Source of the DNA: Candidatus Saccharimonadota bacterium
GTDB taxonomy: Bacteria > Patescibacteriota > Saccharimonadia > Saccharimonadales > Saccharimonadaceae
Length of the DNA: 64,000 nt
Assembly (NCBI GenBank): GCA_017514665.1
Contig: JAFWIX010000005.1
Location: 26,991 to 90,990 of the forward strand
Direction of reading: 5' to 3'
The notes under the pieces are model-generated. The model was not told the DNA's origin. It did no database searches and saw only the letters and a list, made by a program, of their open reading frames with translations. Positions 60,592-64,000 of this stretch are shown one piece after another. Made by a program: the position numbers and the translations under genes. Position 1 is the first letter of the stretch. Every line of letters starts with the position of its first letter.

Positions 60592-61473
60592 CTAGACGCG
60601 CCTACACGCTCTTAACTTGGCACTGCGCGCTCTAGGGTTGATAACTAATTCACCTTTTCCCGCAACCAGTGGTTTTTTATTGATAATCTCAAGTTCCGAT
60701 TCTACACCGTAACTTGTTGCTTCCGTCAAATAATTCTTTACCAAGCGGTCTTCTAAACTATGAAAAGTAATAAACGCCGCTCTACCACCTGGTCTTAATA
60801 ACCTCGGGATTAGCGGTAAGGTACGCTCAATTTCGTCCAACTCATCGTTTACCACAATCCGAATCGCCTGAAAAATACGCGTTGCCGGATGCGTCATTCT
60901 GTTCCTGCGCCCCTTCGCGGCAATCACTGTAGCTAACTCAGCCGTCGTATTATAGGGACGATTATGGACAATTTCGCGAGCAATTATTCTTGCTTGACCA
61001 GGTTTTTCTTCACCATATTTAATAAATATTTCCGTCAGTTCCCTTTCGCTCCACTTGTTCACAATATCAGCAGCAGTCAATTTCTGCTTTTGATCCATGC
61101 GCATATCCAACGGTCCTGTCTTTGCAAACGAAAAACCCCGCTTCTCCTCATCTAATTGCGGAGAAGACACTCCAAAATCCGCCAGTAATAAATCAAAGGA
61201 ATTTCCACACTGTATTTCCTGTAGCGCCGCACTATAAAAATCTGAATTTACAATTTTAATTGATTCACGCTGAGCGTACTTCTCTTTTAAAATCTCACAA
61301 GCAAATTCATCTCGGTCAATCAAGACCGCTTCTTTATAATTCCGCGTCACATCCAAAATTTTACTTGCGTGCCCTGCATACCCGGCCGTTAAATCTATGT
61401 ATGATTCTCCCGGTTTGGGATTCAGCACCTCAAGTACTTCCTTCAGCATCACTGGTTGATGAAGTTCTTCCAT
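60592..61473 (-). CDS. rsmH: 16S rRNA m4C1402 methyltransferase
   Basis: HQPVML, DFGVSSPQLD, GPLDMRMD, FQAIRI, TFHSLEDR, RSAKLR. Confidence 0.96.
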   Translation of the reverse strand: MEELHQPVMLKEVLEVLNPKPGESYIDLTAGYAGHASKILDVTRNYKEAVLIDRDEFACEILKEKYAQRESIKIVNSDFYSAALQEIQCGNSFDLLLADFGVSSPQLDEEKRGFSFAKTGPLDMRMDQKQKLTAADIVNKWSERELTEIFIKYGEEKPGQARIIAREIVHNRPYNTTAELATVIAAKGRRNRMTHPATRIFQAIRIVVNDELDEIERTLPLIPRLLRPGGRAAFITFHSLEDRLVKNYLTEATSYGVESELEIINKKPLVAGKGELVINPRARSAKLRACRRV

Positions 61474-61489
61474 GCTTCTATTATACTAT

Positions 61490-61742
61490 GTTTGAGATCG
61501 TTCAACTAGAAACTTTAGCGGGTTTGTGTTTGATTTGATGTTTGTTTTACTTTTGCGGCATCTACTGCAATTTATCAGCGCAAAGCTAATCTCATTTTTG
61601 CAGCCGTTGAGAGATCACCGCAGAAAAGTCATGATCATTAGATCTATAGAGTTAATTGGGAGGTGTCAATAATAGGTACCAATGGTTTTGATTACGCGTA
61701 TCCTAAACGCGCGCCAAAACTCCTAGTTGGTCGATCTCAAAC
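61490..61742 (-). ncRNA. Candidate ~250-nt structured RNA upstream of rsmH
   Basis: 20-bp terminal IR (18/20) enclosing several hairpins and an H-type pseudoknot; upstream promoter TTGCAT-17-TAAAAT (61837-61809). Confidence 0.5.
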
Positions 61743-61792
61743 TATTTTAAGGTGCAATTAATTGTTTTTTGTTTCGTGGTGTTTGTATAATT

Positions 61793-61931
61793 TTTTCCAC
61801 TTGTGCCTATTTTATACGATTTTTCAAATAAATGCAAGTACTTTTTTTGACTTTTTTTATAAAAACTTGTGGAAAAGTTTTTGGTCCTTTTTACAACAAT
61901 TCTCGCTTCAATCTGTAAAACCTGTGGAAAA
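61793..61931. promoter_or_regulatory. Cluster of DnaA-box-like sites upstream of the dcw operon
   Basis: TTTTCCACA on the minus strand at 61868-61876 and 61923-61931; 1-mismatch TTTTCCACT at 61793-61801. Confidence 0.5.
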
Positions 61932-62007
61932 CTTTCGCATTTCCCTGTTCCCGCCCGATTTGACAACAGCTAACCTTTCATGTTCTAAAAACCCGAACAA
62001 CCCGAAC

Positions 62008-62122
62008 AAAACGAGGCTGAAGCTATTATGGCGGCATTTTGCGACGACGGGAGCAACATGAGCGACGAAGCCTGTAACGACAGGCCTGAGGAGCGTCCGC
62101 TATGATAGCTTTAACTCGTTTT
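62008..62122. repeat. Multi-stem palindromic element E4
   Basis: AAAACGAG..AAGCTATTATGGCGG / CCGCTATGATAGCTT..CTCGTTTT IR; inner GCCTGT-AACG-ACAGGC. Confidence 0.65.
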
Positions 62123-62146
62123 GTCTTGTGTTATAATTAGAGTATT

Positions 62147-63121
62147 ATGAAAGATTTCGATGTATTTTTATGGGCCAACGAGGTCGACGAAGTCAAAAAC
62201 AACGTCTCGGTTGAGCTCTTCTTATTCAACAAAAACTATACCCCATTTAAAGTAAGGTACTCCGACAGCCTCACCAGCACGGTTAAATCCATGTTTATGC
62301 AAGAAGCTGTCAGTTTTATTATTAAAGAAGCCGACAAAGGCTTGGAATGCCGCGAATACGAGAAAAGCGACGGCGAAGAAAACGTCATCTACCACACCAA
62401 GCTTAAATCCGTCGGCCGCGCCGAGACTCTCATTACTTTAATCGAAAACGAATATAAAAATATCGATACCTTTAGCAATGACGACTATGGTTTTAAGAAA
62501 ATCAAGGGCATCATCGCCAAGTTTACCTATCCAGGCGGCGAAACCGGCAACAAGACTTTTTATATCGCCAAGGGTATTACCGCCAGTTCCGCTCTTAAGG
62601 GCAGCAGTAGCTGGGAATTGAATGGCGAGAGTTTTGAGCCCTTCTCTGCTGAAATTGCTATTCGTATGCCCGAAGATAACCAAGTTGCCATTATCGACAG
62701 CACAGTCATTATTTTCAATCAATCCAAATTCGAAAAACTTTTCCAATATGATTTCAAAACCCAAGTCATTGCCGATGCCAAAGCCAAAGAACTTTCTGAA
62801 AAGTATAAACTATCTTTTGCCGAAGGTTTGACTTTAAATTCACTCCTCCAAGATCGCAAGCCTTTACTTAAAAAACTCCAAGCTCTCGATATTGCTGAAG
62901 AGATGTCTCAAGATAAATTGATTGATTATGCCGACGAAATGCAACTAGAGCTCATGACCGACGAAGACAATTCCATCATCATCATGGATGACAAAGATCT
63001 GTCCATGCTCGTCAATCTTATCAACGAAGATTACTACATTTCTCCCGTCAATGGTAAGCGCTACGAAATCAAATCAAAGAAGTTATTAGCGGAACCGGAT
63101 GGAGAACCACCTAGGGGGTAA
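62147..63121 (+). CDS. KwaB-like (DUF4868) protein
   Basis: FNQSKFEKLFQY, LVNLINEDYYISPVNGKRYEIKSK C-terminal pattern typical of DUF4868/KwaB. Confidence 0.65.
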   Translation: MKDFDVFLWANEVDEVKNNVSVELFLFNKNYTPFKVRYSDSLTSTVKSMFMQEAVSFIIKEADKGLECREYEKSDGEENVIYHTKLKSVGRAETLITLIENEYKNIDTFSNDDYGFKKIKGIIAKFTYPGGETGNKTFYIAKGITASSALKGSSSWELNGESFEPFSAEIAIRMPEDNQVAIIDSTVIIFNQSKFEKLFQYDFKTQVIADAKAKELSEKYKLSFAEGLTLNSLLQDRKPLLKKLQALDIAEEMSQDKLIDYADEMQLELMTDEDNSIIIMDDKDLSMLVNLINEDYYISPVNGKRYEIKSKKLLAEPDGEPPRG

Positions 63122-63215
63122 ATTTGGCGAATATGTGTTTTTCGGAACATAAAGACTTGGCCAGAGCGGCCCGGAGCGTGTCCGAAGGACACGCATTCGC
63201 CAAATTTACCCTCTA
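63112..63215. repeat. Multi-stem palindromic element E5 overlapping both convergent stop codons
   Basis: 21-bp IR TAG(G/A)GGGTAAATTTGGCGAAT; inner GCGTGTCCGAAGGACACGC and TGTGTT-TTTCG-GAACATA hairpins. Confidence 0.75.
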
Positions 63216-63752
63216 ATGTTTTTGTATTTCGGCGTATGATTCGTTGACAATATTAGTTTGTCCTAATACCTTGAAGGTCTTCACTAAATCTTCTCGTACT
63301 TCCCTGACGTTTTCCCCCTCTTCTAACATCGCTTCCATCTTTGCATAATACCCTGGTATATTTTCGAGTTTATCTAAATAAATTATTACTCCGGGACCCA
63401 TTACGATTTTCATTCTGCGGCGACTGGTTTCAGCATATTTGACAAATCCTAATTGATGAATCATCAACGACGCTTCAGAATAATCTTTGACCACCGTCTG
63501 ATTAACGATGTCAATACCACTATCTTCAATATGTCGCTTTAACACTAAATAATACCGCGCTGGTCTATCTACTGCCGCCATTTCGGTGCGCATAATTAAA
63601 CGAGGATAATTCTGTCCCTTTTTGTAACTACGTGGATAATATACTCTATCGTGTTGCCAATAAGTCCTTTCAAAGCGCATATCAACTTCGGCTAGTCTAG
63701 TTTCAAATTCTTCACGATTTCTCAATTTACATTTGACAATAACTTTTTTCAT
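63213..63752 (-). CDS. CYTH-like (class IV adenylate cyclase/triphosphate tunnel) protein, divergent
   Basis: QHDRVYY, RLIMR, IYLDKLE..GYYAKME; the N-terminal ExExK motif is replaced by IVKCK. Confidence 0.7.
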   Translation of the reverse strand: MKKVIVKCKLRNREEFETRLAEVDMRFERTYWQHDRVYYPRSYKKGQNYPRLIMRTEMAAVDRPARYYLVLKRHIEDSGIDIVNQTVVKDYSEASLMIHQLGFVKYAETSRRRMKIVMGPGVIIYLDKLENIPGYYAKMEAMLEEGENVREVREDLVKTFKVLGQTNIVNESYAEIQKH

Positions 63753-64000
63753 AATTTTGCTCCTTCTCTAGCTTTATTGGCCCATTCATCCGCCAGTTCG
63801 TTCATTTCTGTCCCCACATGACCGCGTGTCCATACCAGTTTTACATTATATTTATTATACAATTTCCAAGCCTTTTTAACCAACTCTAAATTCGCAATTT
63901 CGCCCTTGTTTTTCTTCCAGCCGCGCGCTTCCCAGCCTGCGGCCCACTTTGTTAACACATTTACCCAAAATTCCGAATCTGTGTGAATTTCACAACCTTC
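63749..64000 (-). CDS. rnhA: Ribonuclease HI, 3' part (5' end outside window)
   Basis: IHTDSEFW, GWEARGWKK, ANLELVK, WTRGHVG..NELAD. Confidence 0.88.
   Translation of the reverse strand, partial: EGCEIHTDSEFWVNVLTKWAAGWEARGWKKNKGEIANLELVKKAWKLYNKYNVKLVWTRGHVGTEMNELADEWANKAREGAKL

Noticed and set aside
61900-61980. c-di-AMP (ydaO) riboswitch-like fragments TCGCTTCAATCTG and CCCGA..CAGCTAACCT
   Set aside because: The conserved central GCGGGGGACC..GGGGTGAAT..GTAGGG core is missing and the spacing is too short
61745-62147. oriC candidate (AT-rich region with DnaA boxes)
   Set aside because: Only 2-3 boxes, no dnaA/dnaN nearby, and by eye the plus strand stays C-rich on both sides (no skew switch); kept only as a regulatory site

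Overview
This 64-kb window looks like the chromosome of a Patescibacteria (CPR) bacterium, most likely Saccharibacteria from a gut or rumen lineage. That assignment is inferred from the compact metK, the sortase/PEGA/DUF3048 genes, the FISUMP paralogs, the stand-alone T4CP-like ATPase and the reduced dcw cluster. RF1 and RF2 are both present, consistent with genetic code 11. Most of the window is housekeeping: murD, prfB, ftsEX, ctpA, smpB, xth, metK, queA, tgt, gltX, der, dus, lepB, htrA, prmC, prfA, pth, dprA, topA, rsmH-ftsL-ftsI-mraY-ftsW-murG, rnhA, and tRNA-Leu(CAA), -Glu(CTC) and -Val(CAC). The main unexplained signals are: (1) a ~555-nt densely base-paired non-coding unit next to tRNA-Val, with its own consensus promoter and terminator (candidate large ornate ncRNA); (2) three FISUMP surface-protein genes with hypervariable 3' tips that look like DGR variable repeats, with no RT or template in the window; (3) a convergent sRNA pair between dprA and topA; (4) two structured RNA elements and an SD-led 22-aa microprotein in the dcw cluster; (5) dispersed multi-stem palindromes, one inserted in frame in der; (6) an SF2 helicase fused to tandem HNH-associated repeats; (7) a five-catalytic-domain peptidoglycan hydrolase; (8) pervasive leaderless gene starts. 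All RNA structures were folded by eye and no database searches were run.
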